Positions 9,051 through 18,990 are shown, counted from the stretch's first letter. The stretch is 64,000 nucleotides of DNA from Anaerolineales bacterium (GCA_020061105.1 JAGUYW010000031.1:931-64930), one strand, 5' to 3'. Notes: a model not told the origin generated them from the sequence alone. A program made the numbers and translations.

Positions 9051-10667
9051 GTGAAAAGAAACAGGCGCTCTATTTCAACGTATGTGTTGATTGCCAGTTT
9101 GTTTATTGCGGCGGTTTCTATCCCATATTTATTTGCCCAGATCACAGCGGGTGATGAAACTGTTTTTAGCGGTTTCTTGATTAATCCGCTGGATGGGAAT
9201 ACGTACCTGGCAAAACTCTACCAGGGCTGGCGCGGCGAATGGCGCTATACGCTGCCGTATAGCGCAGAACCTGGGCAAGGCGCTTATGTGTTTCTTTTTT
9301 ACCTGGGCCTGGGACACCTGGCGCGGTGGACCGGTATCCCATTGCTGGCAACCTTTCATCTTGCCCGCCTGGTTGGGGCGGCGGTGCTAACCCTGGCGGT
9401 GTACCATTTTTGTGTACGCCCTTTACCCGACACGGTACGAAAGGTGGGCTTTTATCTGTTGGCGTTATTTGGCAGCGGTTTAGGTTGGTTGGCAGCGCCT
9501 TTTGGCGGCTTCACACCCGATTTATGGGTGCCGGAGGCGTATCCGTTTTTGTCTGCTTATGCAACGCCTCATTTCTCGCTGGGACTGGCAATCCTTCTCC
9601 TGTTGTTGTATGACGCTGTGGCGATCGCCAATCATGATGTCCAAAGCCTGTGGAGTGGGGAAAAGCGTGGCGCGTTGCTGAGGACTGTGCTGTTGGCTTT
9701 TTTTCTGGCGATTGTCAACCCGTTTGGGGTAGTCATTGCGTTGGTCGCTTTGGGAGGTTTGGCATTGTGGGATTTGTGGGCGGCCTGGCGCTCGATGACG
9801 AAGAAAGAAACAGGATCGGAATCCGACCGGGTGCGATGGCCTGGTTCATGGGTGGCTTTGGGAGCAGTGACGCTGGGAGGGGCGCCTTACCTGCTGTATA
9901 GTTTCTGGGCATTGAACAGCGAGCCGGTTCTGGCAGGTTGGACTGCACAGAATATCACGCCATCGCCACCTGTTTTGGATCTGTTAATTGCGTTATTACC
10001 GGTGTTGTTGCCGGCCATCGGTGGAGTATTGCTGGCAGTGCGCACCGGTGAGCGGCGCACGCGGTTGTTAGCAGCCTGGTTGATATTAGGTTTCCTGCTG
10101 CTTTACTTACCCCTTAATTTGCAGCGCCGGCTTATGACCGGTTTGTTCATCCCCGTCGTCGGGCTGGCGGGTGTTTATTTTGCACACCTGCGGTCTTTGC
10201 GACCGCGTCTTGGAAACTTAATCATGAATATTTGCCTGATCCTGGCTTTACCGAGTAACCTGGTGTTAATATCGGCGCATTTTTCAGGAGTGCGGGAGCA
10301 TCCTGGAATGATCTATCTGGAACGCGGCGAAGCGCAAGCCTTAGAGTGGATTGAAACGAATACCCCGTCGCGGGCTCTGGTGCTGGCAACGCCGGAAATG
10401 GGGATGTATATCCCGGCGCATACCGGGAGGCGGGTGATCTATGGGCATCCTTTCGAGACGGTGAACGCCAGCCAGGAAAAAGAATCTGTCACCAGGTTCT
10501 TCAGTGGGGAATTGCCAGACCCGGCGGGGTTTTTGGCGCAGCGTCAAATCGATTATATCTTTTATGGGCCACGCGAACAGGCGTTGGGGGCGCTGCCCGA
10601 AATTCCCGGTTTACGTGTAGTGTATCAAAACGGTGGAGTGACCGTTTATGCCGTGGGCCAGGATTAA
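9051..10667 (+). CDS. Polytopic membrane protein, GT-C-fold-like putative glycosyltransferase
   Basis: 538 aa with more than 10 hydrophobic helices. An acidic GDE motif sits just after TM1 (AQITAGDETVF), as in GT-C enzymes. The soluble C-terminal domain (EALEWIETNTPSRALVL...GRRVIYG) resembles that of the 57084-59690 protein. Confidence 0.45.
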   Translation: MKRNRRSISTYVLIASLFIAAVSIPYLFAQITAGDETVFSGFLINPLDGNTYLAKLYQGWRGEWRYTLPYSAEPGQGAYVFLFYLGLGHLARWTGIPLLATFHLARLVGAAVLTLAVYHFCVRPLPDTVRKVGFYLLALFGSGLGWLAAPFGGFTPDLWVPEAYPFLSAYATPHFSLGLAILLLLLYDAVAIANHDVQSLWSGEKRGALLRTVLLAFFLAIVNPFGVVIALVALGGLALWDLWAAWRSMTKKETGSESDRVRWPGSWVALGAVTLGGAPYLLYSFWALNSEPVLAGWTAQNITPSPPVLDLLIALLPVLLPAIGGVLLAVRTGERRTRLLAAWLILGFLLLYLPLNLQRRLMTGLFIPVVGLAGVYFAHLRSLRPRLGNLIMNICLILALPSNLVLISAHFSGVREHPGMIYLERGEAQALEWIETNTPSRALVLATPEMGMYIPAHTGRRVIYGHPFETVNASQEKESVTRFFSGELPDPAGFLAQRQIDYIFYGPREQALGALPEIPGLRVVYQNGGVTVYAVGQD

Positions 10668-12828
10668 GGGTTGGTGGCCTGCACTGTTCCCGGCGCTTTT
10701 GCTCCTGCCGGGATTATTTTCATTCCCATATCCTTCTGAAGAAGCGCAATTTTCTGACTTGACCCTGGCGCATTATCCATATGCATTGGCGGTCAGGCAG
10801 ACATTATGGGAGTATGGCAGCGCGCCGTGGTGGTCAGCCTTGATGTTGAGCGGCGCGCCGCTGGCTGCCAATCCGCTGGCAGGGGTATGGTACCCGCCGG
10901 GCTGGTTGGCGTGGTTTTTGCCTTTACCGTTGGCTTTCAATCTATTGGCGCTCCTGCATATCCTGTGGGGGCAGGTTGGGATTTATAAACTGGGGAGGGC
11001 GGAAGGAATGTCAGCGCAGGCGGCGTTGTTTTGCGCGCTGGGATTTGGCATGTTTCCGAAGTTATTTGCCCATTTTGGGGCCGGGCACCTGACCTTGGTT
11101 TACGCTGTCTCGTGGACGCCGTGGTTGTTATGGGGAGTGTACAGCCGGCAGGGGAAACCAGAGAGCGGAAGATTGCTGAAGGCAGTGCAAGCCTGCGGCT
11201 CCTGGGAGGCGGTTGTACTGGGGTTGATTTTCCTGGCTGACCCACGCTGGGCGGTGTATGCTGGGGTGCTTTGGCTGGGTTACAGCGCCTGGAAGAGACG
11301 GACTGGCGAGGCGCACAGCATGCTGCCCTGGCTGCGCTTGATGGTACACTGGGCGAAACAGGTGGGGCAGGCGCTGCTTTTGGCCTTACCGCTGGCGCTG
11401 CCGATGATGGTTTTTGTCAGCCGTTCCACGCGGGCGTCGATGACCGCAGCCGATTTTCTGGAATTTTCTTTGCCGCCGGCGCGCCTGTTGGGGCTGATCT
11501 ATCCGGATTTGGGCGGTTTTCATGAGTTTATGTTATATCCGGGCGGCGTGGTGTTGGGTTTGTTGGTTTTGGCGCTGGCGTGGGGCGCAGGATGGCGGAT
11601 GGGGCGCTTTTGGTTGATGTGTTGCGCAGCGGCGTTGATTTTTGCACTGGGGGAGGCTGTTCCTGGGATGGGGTTGTTAGGCGAACTGCCACTGATGGGG
11701 CTGCTGCGGGTTCCGGCGCGGGCATTGTTCGTGTTTGGGTTTGGGTTAATCATGTCAGGCGGGTGGACTTTGGAGCGTTTGCAATCTGGGATAACCAGCA
11801 AAGAACGAAAAAGGGCGGGATTGGCGCTGGCGGCGTTGGCGAGTTTTGCCCTGGTATTGGCGGCGGCAGTCTTGTGGGTGAGCGGTACGTTTTCACTGCA
11901 GTTTGTTTGGGGAGCGCTGGCGGTCACGCTCGGAGCGACCTGGCTGTTTATGGGCGTCAGGCAGCGGCTGCCCGCGCGAGCCTGGTGGGTGGGGTTGGTT
12001 GTATTGAGCCTGTTAGATTGGTTTGGAGTCAGCAGAACTTTGTTTGCATTTCGCCCCTCCAACCAGGTGAACACAGAGGCTCAAGCATTGGTGAAAACGC
12101 TGGTTGGTAAGGATGGGTTATTCCGAGTATATTCGCCATCCTACAGCCTGCCGCTTCACAAAGCAGCCCAAGACGGGTTGCAGCTGGCGGATGGCGTGGA
12201 TCCGTTGCAGCTACAAGAGTATGCTGAATTTATGAAACAGGCTAGCGGCGTTCCGTCGGGCGGTTATTCGGTGACATTGCCGCCATTCGAGAACGGAGAC
12301 CCAGCCAACGATAACCGAGGCTACAGCCCTGATGCCAGGCTGCTTGGGTTGTTGAATGTGCGCTACGTGGCGGCGGAGTTTGATCTGGAAGCCAGTGGCC
12401 TGCGGTTTGTGGAGCGTTTCGGAAATACGCGGCTTTACGAAAACGAATTGGTTTTGCCGCGCGCCTGGGTGCAGGCGCCTGGGACGGATATTGGAGAAGA
12501 CGCAAAGCCGGCGCGGGTCGATTCCTGGCGGCCCGGCCGCGTCGTTTTGTCGGCTGTCGGTCCAGGACGCCTGGTAATTTCTGAGATTGCTTATCCCGGC
12601 TGGTATGCCTGGATAGATGGGAAGCCAGTTCCGTTAGAGAGTGCAGCAGGAATTTTGCAGGCGGTGCGTTTGAGAGACGGCGTGCAGCAGGTCACGTTGG
12701 CTTTTAGACCTTGGGATATTTACCTGGGCATGTTTGGGCCGTTGATTTTCCTGGCGCTGGGTCTGATTGAGGCGCGGATGGGGAAGCGCTCCAGGCCTGG
12801 TAGAATGAATAATCAATCAAAGAGTTAG
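10648..12828 (+). CDS. YfhO-family-like polytopic membrane protein (putative GT-C glycosyltransferase)
   Basis: 726 aa with many TM helices and a large extracytoplasmic C-terminal domain. The domain ends in the YfhO-type motif EIAYPGWYAWIDGKPVPL...VTLAFRPW plus a final TM. The start overlaps the upstream gene by 20 nt. Confidence 0.55.
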   Translation: MPWARIKGWWPALFPALLLLPGLFSFPYPSEEAQFSDLTLAHYPYALAVRQTLWEYGSAPWWSALMLSGAPLAANPLAGVWYPPGWLAWFLPLPLAFNLLALLHILWGQVGIYKLGRAEGMSAQAALFCALGFGMFPKLFAHFGAGHLTLVYAVSWTPWLLWGVYSRQGKPESGRLLKAVQACGSWEAVVLGLIFLADPRWAVYAGVLWLGYSAWKRRTGEAHSMLPWLRLMVHWAKQVGQALLLALPLALPMMVFVSRSTRASMTAADFLEFSLPPARLLGLIYPDLGGFHEFMLYPGGVVLGLLVLALAWGAGWRMGRFWLMCCAAALIFALGEAVPGMGLLGELPLMGLLRVPARALFVFGFGLIMSGGWTLERLQSGITSKERKRAGLALAALASFALVLAAAVLWVSGTFSLQFVWGALAVTLGATWLFMGVRQRLPARAWWVGLVVLSLLDWFGVSRTLFAFRPSNQVNTEAQALVKTLVGKDGLFRVYSPSYSLPLHKAAQDGLQLADGVDPLQLQEYAEFMKQASGVPSGGYSVTLPPFENGDPANDNRGYSPDARLLGLLNVRYVAAEFDLEASGLRFVERFGNTRLYENELVLPRAWVQAPGTDIGEDAKPARVDSWRPGRVVLSAVGPGRLVISEIAYPGWYAWIDGKPVPLESAAGILQAVRLRDGVQQVTLAFRPWDIYLGMFGPLIFLALGLIEARMGKRSRPGRMNNQSKS

Positions 12829-12863
12829 GGCTTCAAAGCTGTGTGCTGGCAAAGGGAATTTTG

Positions 12864-15236
12864 ATGAAACAGGCACCGGTTTCGCATAGATTAGTCGTTT
12901 TGCCGCTGGTTGGGGCTGTTGTGGCTTTATTCGGCGGCATCCTGCTGGGAGGCCAGGCGTTATTCTGGGGCACGCCGGCTTTGCAGTTCATCCCGTGGTG
13001 GAGTTGGGCGTGGGAAACGCTGCTATCAGGCCACCTGCCGCTGTGGAATCCTCTGGTGGGCATGGGAGCGCCGCTGGTCGCCAATTACCAGTCGGCTTTG
13101 TTTTACCCGCCGTACTGGAACTTGTTCCTGCTGTACGGGATTGGCGGCGCGCCGCTGATGGCCTGGGGGCAAACGTTGCTGGTGATGCTGCACCTGTTAG
13201 CAGCAGGGATTGGGATGGCGCGCCTGGCGCAAAGGTTGGGACTAGGGACACTGGCGCAGACTGTGGCGGGGCTGTCGTTCGGATTGTCCGGTTACCTGGT
13301 CAGCCGGGCTGGTTTTTTTAGCATTAACGCTGCCCTGGCTTGGCTGCCCTGGATTTTGTGGGCAGTTACGCCGGATGCTGGCAAGTTTGCATGGCTAGGA
13401 CGGCGGCGCTTATTGGCGTTGAGCGCCTTTCTGGCGCTGCAATTATTGGCCGGGCATGCGCAGATCGCCTGGTATACGATCCTGTTGACCGGTTTGTGGA
13501 GCGGTTATTGGGCTTTCGCGATTGGTTTGGAGCGGGGGAACGCAGGGAAGGCCGGAGCAGGCCAGCGAATCCTGGCGGTGGGCGCCGCTTTGTACCAAAC
13601 CTGGGGGCGATTAGCCCTGGCTGGGGCGCTGGCGGCTGGATTGGCGGCGGTGCAATTGGCGCCGACGGCTGAATATCTGTCACAATCTCAGCGCGCGGCG
13701 GCAGTGGATTACGAAATGGGCCTGACCTATTCCTTCTGGCCCTGGCGGTTGATCGGGCTGCTGGCGCCAAATTTTTTCGGTAATCCGGCGCAGGGCGATT
13801 ATTGGGGTTATGCGAACTATTGGGAAGATGCCATCTATATCGGCTTATTGCCAGCGCTGTTGTTTTTGGGGACATTGCGGGGCAAGACTCGCCTGGCAGG
13901 GCTGCGCTGGTTTTTATGGGGCGTGTTCGGGTTGGCCTTATTGTTTGCCCTGGGCAAGAATACCCCGATCTTTCCCTGGCTTTACCAGCATGTTCCAACC
14001 TTTGCGATGTTCAACGCCCCGACTCGTTGGATGATTTGGGGAGTATTCGCCCTGGCGTTTTTGGCTGCCATGGGGGCTGAAAATTGGCGGCGACCCGAAG
14101 GCCGGGGATTGTATTGGACGCGCCTGGGGACGGCTGGATCACTGGCGGTTTCACTGGGGTCGGGCCTGGCCATGATTTTGATGGGCGACATCAAGCTGTC
14201 GTTTGTGAGCGCGGCTGCCCAGGCTGGGGTTTTGGGCATTGCGGTGGGATTGCTCAGCCTGAGCGCCCCGCTGCGGGAGGGGAGTGAGACTGTCCAAGAT
14301 CAAACAACTCCGGTGAATCAACTGCTTGCCAGGATGTGGCCGTGGTTGGTGGCATTCCTCATTGCTTTCGATTTGACTCTGGCCGGCTGGGGCTTGAACC
14401 CGGGTTTTAATTTGTCGTTATACCAACCAGGATTGGGGAGCGAAGTAAAGGAAAGATTGGGCGACCAACGCCTGTATTGGCCTGAGCAGATGGAATATGA
14501 GATCAAATACGATCGATTTTTTCAGTTTGAGACTTTTCACCCTGGTGAAGACTGGCATTTGATGCGCGAAGTGGTCCTGTCAAACAGCAATCTATTGGAA
14601 GGCATGGTGGTGGTTAATAATTATGACCCTATGCAACCGGGGCGCTATGTGGCCTGGATGGAACTGGTGAATGGGCTGGATCGCCGTGAACGAGAGCGCT
14701 TTTTACACTGGATGGATGTCGGATTGGCTGGGGAAATAGATCTCTCGCAAGCCAGCGGGGCGCGTTTTGATCCGCTTGGCGGTGGGATGCGGGCGCGATG
14801 GGTGGGCTGCGCCATCCAAGCGGAAAACGCCGATCAAGCGCTGGAAATGATCTCCCAGGCGCAGGTGGATATCCGGACGCAGGTGGTGATCGAAGGGGCG
14901 CCTGGTTTGGCAAATGCGTTATGCCCAGAAAGGCAGGCCGAACCGGTGGCGGCGCAGGTAATTGAAGATGGGCCGAACACCCTGCGTGTGCGAGTGTCTG
15001 CGCCTGGCGCGGGTTGGTTGGTGCTCTCCGATGTGTGGTATCCAGGCTGGCAGGCCTGGGTTGATGGAAATCGGGTAGAGATAACTCCAGCAAACCTGGC
15101 ATTTCGAGCTGCGCCATTGACGGCTGGCGAACATGAGGTTATCTTTGAGTACAGACCGTGGTCATTTTATGCCGGAGCGCTGGTCAGCCTGGCGTCAGGG
15201 TTGGTGTTTGCCTGGTTGTGGCGGAGAAGGAACTAA
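12864..15236 (+). CDS. YfhO-family-like polytopic membrane protein (paralog of the preceding gene)
   Basis: About 790 aa with the same architecture and C-terminal motif (DVWYPGWQAWVDGNRVEI...HEVIFEYRPW plus a terminal TM). ATG 12864 is preferred; the track lists GTG 12843. Confidence 0.55.
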   Translation: MKQAPVSHRLVVLPLVGAVVALFGGILLGGQALFWGTPALQFIPWWSWAWETLLSGHLPLWNPLVGMGAPLVANYQSALFYPPYWNLFLLYGIGGAPLMAWGQTLLVMLHLLAAGIGMARLAQRLGLGTLAQTVAGLSFGLSGYLVSRAGFFSINAALAWLPWILWAVTPDAGKFAWLGRRRLLALSAFLALQLLAGHAQIAWYTILLTGLWSGYWAFAIGLERGNAGKAGAGQRILAVGAALYQTWGRLALAGALAAGLAAVQLAPTAEYLSQSQRAAAVDYEMGLTYSFWPWRLIGLLAPNFFGNPAQGDYWGYANYWEDAIYIGLLPALLFLGTLRGKTRLAGLRWFLWGVFGLALLFALGKNTPIFPWLYQHVPTFAMFNAPTRWMIWGVFALAFLAAMGAENWRRPEGRGLYWTRLGTAGSLAVSLGSGLAMILMGDIKLSFVSAAAQAGVLGIAVGLLSLSAPLREGSETVQDQTTPVNQLLARMWPWLVAFLIAFDLTLAGWGLNPGFNLSLYQPGLGSEVKERLGDQRLYWPEQMEYEIKYDRFFQFETFHPGEDWHLMREVVLSNSNLLEGMVVVNNYDPMQPGRYVAWMELVNGLDRRERERFLHWMDVGLAGEIDLSQASGARFDPLGGGMRARWVGCAIQAENADQALEMISQAQVDIRTQVVIEGAPGLANALCPERQAEPVAAQVIEDGPNTLRVRVSAPGAGWLVLSDVWYPGWQAWVDGNRVEITPANLAFRAAPLTAGEHEVIFEYRPWSFYAGALVSLASGLVFAWLWRRRN

Positions 15237-15381
15237 CAAGATAAGCAATGCCGGCGCGCCGCCTTCCAGAGGCGAATTTTGAACTAGGGCGCGCTCTGGT
15301 TGGTACTACATGTGTTGATCCTCAAAGGTGCGCTATAATGGGCGCAGAAATGGCGCCGAATGATTCGATCAGGAGAGTTTT

Positions 15382-16350
15382 ATGACAGAAGTTCAGAATT
15401 TTACCGAGCGAGTGATCGCAAATATCGAGAAAGTGATTATCGGGAAACGCTCGACGATAGAATTAGCCGTGGTTGGGTTATTATGCCAGGGACATTTGTT
15501 GATCGAAGATGTTCCCGGTGTGGGCAAGACGATGCTGGCGCGCTCTCTGGCGCGTTCCCTGGGATGTTCCTTCAGCCGCATCCAGTTTACTCCCGATATG
15601 CTGCCCAGCGATGTGACAGGCGTTTCGATTTTCAACCAGGTGAGTCGTGAGTTTGAATTTCGCGCTGGGCCGATAATGGCGCAGGTGGTGCTATCAGATG
15701 AAATCAACCGCGCCACACCGAAAACCCAGGCTGCGCTGCTGGAGGCGATGGAAGAACGCCAGGTGACGGTGGACGGCGTAACGCGACCGCTGCCGAAACC
15801 CTTTATGGTTTTGGCAACGCAAAACCCGATTGAGTATGAAGGAACCTTTCCATTGCCCGAGGCGCAGGTGGATCGTTTTCTGCTGCGTTTACGGTTAGGA
15901 TACCCGGTTGCGGATGATGAAATTCGGGTGCTTGAGCGCCAGCAGTTTCAGCACCCCTTGAACGACCTGCTGCAGGTGGTTAGCGTAGAAGAATTGACTG
16001 CCGTACAAGAAGCTGTGAAGGAAATATTTGTCAGCCCGGCTTTGAAACGCTACATTGTCGATCTGGTGAACCAGACCCGCCAGCATGGCGAGGTGTACCT
16101 GGGCGCCAGCCCGCGCGGCAGCCTGGCGCTGTATCGCACCGCCCAGGCGCGGGCGGCGATGGTGGGACGTGATTATGTTTTGCCAGATGATATCAAAGCC
16201 CTGGCTGTGCCCACCCTGGCGCACCGGGTGATTTTGGGGCCGGGAGCGCGTTTGCGGGATTTGAGCCAACAGCAAATTATCGAAGAAATCTTGCTGGGCG
16301 TGGTGGTTCCGGGAGGCGACCCAACAAAGGGTATGTCTACCAGTTCTTGA
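15382..16350 (+). CDS. MoxR-family AAA+ ATPase
   Basis: [14 protein letters not shown] (Walker A), VLSDEINRA (Walker B), [22 protein letters not shown] and the AAA_3/AAA_lid pattern are present. GGAG lies upstream of the ATG. Confidence 0.9.
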   Translation: MTEVQNFTERVIANIEKVIIGKRSTIELAVVGLLCQGHLLIEDVPGVGKTMLARSLARSLGCSFSRIQFTPDMLPSDVTGVSIFNQVSREFEFRAGPIMAQVVLSDEINRATPKTQAALLEAMEERQVTVDGVTRPLPKPFMVLATQNPIEYEGTFPLPEAQVDRFLLRLRLGYPVADDEIRVLERQQFQHPLNDLLQVVSVEELTAVQEAVKEIFVSPALKRYIVDLVNQTRQHGEVYLGASPRGSLALYRTAQARAAMVGRDYVLPDDIKALAVPTLAHRVILGPGARLRDLSQQQIIEEILLGVVVPGGDPTKGMSTSS

Positions 16351-16351
16351 G

Positions 16352-17629
16352 ATGTGCATGACCTTTTCATTGCGAGTGATATTGATTTTACTGGCGCTCA
16401 GCCTGGCAGCAGCCGCGATTAGCGGCGATGTGTTGTATTTTCGCCTGAGTTATGTGTGGGGCGGGGTGCTGTTGGTGGGTTTTATCATGTCGCGCCTGGC
16501 TTTGCGCGGCCTGGAGATGCACCGGACGGCGCGATTTCTACGATCTCAAGTAGGTCAGATTTTTGAAGAACGCTTCGAATTGCAGAATAAATCGCGCTTG
16601 CCGCGTTTGTGGGTGGAGGTGCGCGACGATTCGACTCTGCCAGGCTCGCGGGGCTCGCATGTGCTGACACTGGTAGGCGGTCGCGAGAGCCGCACTTACC
16701 TGGCGCGCACCCGTCTGAGCCAGCGCGGCGTTTTCCCGCTTGGGCCGACGCGGCTGGGAGCGGGTGATTTGTTTGGACTTTTCCCGGTGCACCGCACGGT
16801 AGAAAACCAGGATGCTCTGCTGGTGTTTCCGATGATGTTTGAGGTGCAGAGTTTCCCGAATCCACCTGGGCTGTTGCCAGGCGGCGAGGCGTTGCGCCGG
16901 CGAACTACCCAGATCACTTCGAACGCCGCTGGGGTGCGCGAGTATGAGCCTGGAGACCCGCTCAACCGCATTCACTGGGTGAGCACGGCGCGCCGGAACC
17001 GGATTATGGTTAAGGAGTTTGAACTTGATCCCCTGGCCGAAGTCTGGGTTTTTCTGGACACGGCGCGCTCGGTGCATGTGACGGCGCCGCACCGGGCGCC
17101 GGAATTCGACCCCCAGGAAGTCTGGCGGCCGCGTACGAAATTTACTTTGCCGCCATCCACTCTGGAGTACGGGGTGACGATTGCAGCATCACTGGCGCGC
17201 TATTATATCCAACGCGGGCGGGCAGTAGGATTGGTGTACAGCGGGCATACCTTGCAGGTTTTGCCATCTGACCGGGGTGGGCGCCAACTGGGGAAGATTT
17301 TAGAAGCGTTAGCGCTGGCGCAAGCGGATGGCGTCATACCCTTGCAGGGTGTAGCAGAGGCGCAAGCGCGCCACCTGCCGCGTGGCAGCACAGTGGTGAT
17401 GATTACCCCCAGTACGGCAGAGGCGGTGTATCATACGGCTGATTTGTTGATGCGGCGTGGCTTACGACCGGTTGTAACGCTGCTAGATGCTGTGAGCTTT
17501 GGGGGACATTTCTCCTCGGATACGATAGCGGCTTCTTTGGCCGCGCTGCGCGTGCCACACTGCCAGGTGAGGAATAAGGATGATCTGACAGCGGTGTTGT
17601 CGAATACGCTGTTTTCCGTGCAGCAATGA
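16352..17629 (+). CDS. DUF58 domain protein (MoxR partner, VWA-like)
   Basis: Two N-terminal TM helices and the DUF58 signature VREYEPGDPLNRIHWVSTARRNRIMVKEFE. The start is 1 nt after the moxR stop. Confidence 0.85.
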   Translation: MCMTFSLRVILILLALSLAAAAISGDVLYFRLSYVWGGVLLVGFIMSRLALRGLEMHRTARFLRSQVGQIFEERFELQNKSRLPRLWVEVRDDSTLPGSRGSHVLTLVGGRESRTYLARTRLSQRGVFPLGPTRLGAGDLFGLFPVHRTVENQDALLVFPMMFEVQSFPNPPGLLPGGEALRRRTTQITSNAAGVREYEPGDPLNRIHWVSTARRNRIMVKEFELDPLAEVWVFLDTARSVHVTAPHRAPEFDPQEVWRPRTKFTLPPSTLEYGVTIAASLARYYIQRGRAVGLVYSGHTLQVLPSDRGGRQLGKILEALALAQADGVIPLQGVAEAQARHLPRGSTVVMITPSTAEAVYHTADLLMRRGLRPVVTLLDAVSFGGHFSSDTIAASLAALRVPHCQVRNKDDLTAVLSNTLFSVQQ

Positions 17630-18241
17630 TTACTTGCCGATAAAAGTCACCGAGGGGTAATCGGAAAAATGGCGCTCGACTGGTTCGCCTCCTAAGCCGG
17701 AGGTTTGCAGCACCAGCAAAATTCTTGCCGGTTGGCTGGAGCGGTTGCGCCAAAGATGGGGGAGATGAGCCTCGAAGAACAAGAAGTCTCCCTCTACCAG
17801 GTTGTAAATCGTTCCATCAATCAGATACTCGACATTTCCCGCAAGACAATACACCAGTTCATGCCCGGTGTGGACAACCTGGCGTTCGCCGCTGCCGGAG
17901 TTGGGATCGAGCGTTACCAGAAAAGGCTCCATCTCCTGGCGGTTTAATTTTCCTTCCAGGCCTTCAATGCGCACGCCCTTGCTTTCAATGGCTGGGCGTT
18001 GTTGGCTGTGGATATGCAATACGGGTGTAGGGGCATGGTCGTCAAAGAAATAGCTCATCTTGACGTTCAAAGCGGTAGCCAGGTTTTGCAAAGTGGACAC
18101 GCTGGGTGAGTTTTCGTCGCGCTCGATCAGGCTGATGGCGTTGGTTGAAATACCTGCCAGTTGGGCTAACTCACGTTGCGAGAAGCCGCGCTCGTCACGG
18201 ATGGTGCGTAATTTGTTGCCGACGGAGGTTTGTTTGTTCAT
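17630..18241 (-). CDS. XRE-family HTH transcriptional regulator with C-terminal cupin domain (paralog R1)
   Basis: The HTH_3 segment is LRTIRDERGFSQRELAQLAGISTNAISLIERDENSPSVSTLQNLATAL. The cupin segment is HTGHELVYCLAGNVEY...GDFLFFEAHLPHLWRN. ATG 18241 (MNKQTS) is preferred over the track start. Confidence 0.85.
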   Translation of the reverse strand: MNKQTSVGNKLRTIRDERGFSQRELAQLAGISTNAISLIERDENSPSVSTLQNLATALNVKMSYFFDDHAPTPVLHIHSQQRPAIESKGVRIEGLEGKLNRQEMEPFLVTLDPNSGSGERQVVHTGHELVYCLAGNVEYLIDGTIYNLVEGDFLFFEAHLPHLWRNRSSQPARILLVLQTSGLGGEPVERHFSDYPSVTFIGK

Positions 18242-18258
18242 AAAAGAGCCTCGGATTG

Positions 18259-18279
18259 AAATTCTATTTAGCAGAATTT
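18259..18279. promoter_or_regulatory. Perfect inverted repeat AAATTCT-N7-AGAATTT upstream of the R1 regulator (candidate operator)
   Basis: Read directly from the DNA: 7-bp arms at 18259-18265 and 18273-18279, 18-38 nt upstream of the R1 start codon on the minus strand. Confidence 0.4.
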
Positions 18280-18375
18280 TAACTGGTTTTTTGAAAGTAG
18301 GGAAGTGCATTTTTTCACATGTCTCCAGGCAATACCAGAGGAGCGCATCGTGCGAAAAAAATTACTTTCATTGCA

Positions 18376-18990
18376 TCATACGAGATGGTGGGCTAAACCC
18401 GGTAATAATTGGGCCAGGTGGGCCAATAGCAGTTGGCGTAAAGAGTAGCGCGCCAGTAAGTAGGATGGGATTTGGTTTTCAAGCAAGAGCAAGGTAAAGC
18501 CATGTACGCCAGCCCATAAACTGGTCGCCAGCATTTCTGGGTCGCCTGGCTGAAGGATGCCCGCGCGCTGGCAGGCTCTGACGCCGTCAACTACCAGATC
18601 GAAGCTGTTCATCGAAATTTCTCGAAATTCCGGGTAATCGCTGGCTTTTTCGACCACGCCAGAAAAAGTGATTTTAAACTGGTGGGTGTTCTGAATGGCG
18701 TACTGAAGATAAGCCCAGGCAGTTTCTACGATCAGGCTCTGCGGATCGTTTTGATGTTTTTGGGCAGTTGCGTAGATCAGGATGTAAAGATCCTGGTAAC
18801 CACGTGCGGCAATGGCGGCAATCAGGGCTTGCTTATCGGCAAAGTGGGCGTAGGGGGCGGCGTGACTGACGCCGACGCGCTTGGCGGCTTTGCGGAGGCT
18901 TAACCCATGCACGCCTTCCTGGGCGAGAATTGCCAACCCGGCCTGGATAAGAGCGTTCTTTAAATTTCCGTGGTGATAATCGTTTTGCAT
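18376..18990 (-). CDS. TetR/AcrR-family transcriptional regulator
   Basis: The N-terminal HTH is GVHGLSLRKAAKRVGVSHAAPYAHFADKQALI, followed by a helical C-terminal ligand domain. 204 aa. Confidence 0.85.
   Translation of the reverse strand: MQNDYHHGNLKNALIQAGLAILAQEGVHGLSLRKAAKRVGVSHAAPYAHFADKQALIAAIAARGYQDLYILIYATAQKHQNDPQSLIVETAWAYLQYAIQNTHQFKITFSGVVEKASDYPEFREISMNSFDLVVDGVRACQRAGILQPGDPEMLATSLWAGVHGFTLLLLENQIPSYLLARYSLRQLLLAHLAQLLPGLAHHLV

Noticed and set aside
15360-15650. 96-aa ORF overlapping the moxR start in another frame.
   Set aside because: It is fully contained in the leader and 5' part of a strongly supported MoxR gene and has no motifs. Only the short frame from ATG 15350 is mentioned, as a speculative uORF.
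18340-18375. CGCA-tcg-TGCG hairpin with an A7 run downstream of the TetR gene.
   Set aside because: On the minus (coding) strand the U run precedes rather than follows the 4-bp stem, so it does not fit an intrinsic terminator.
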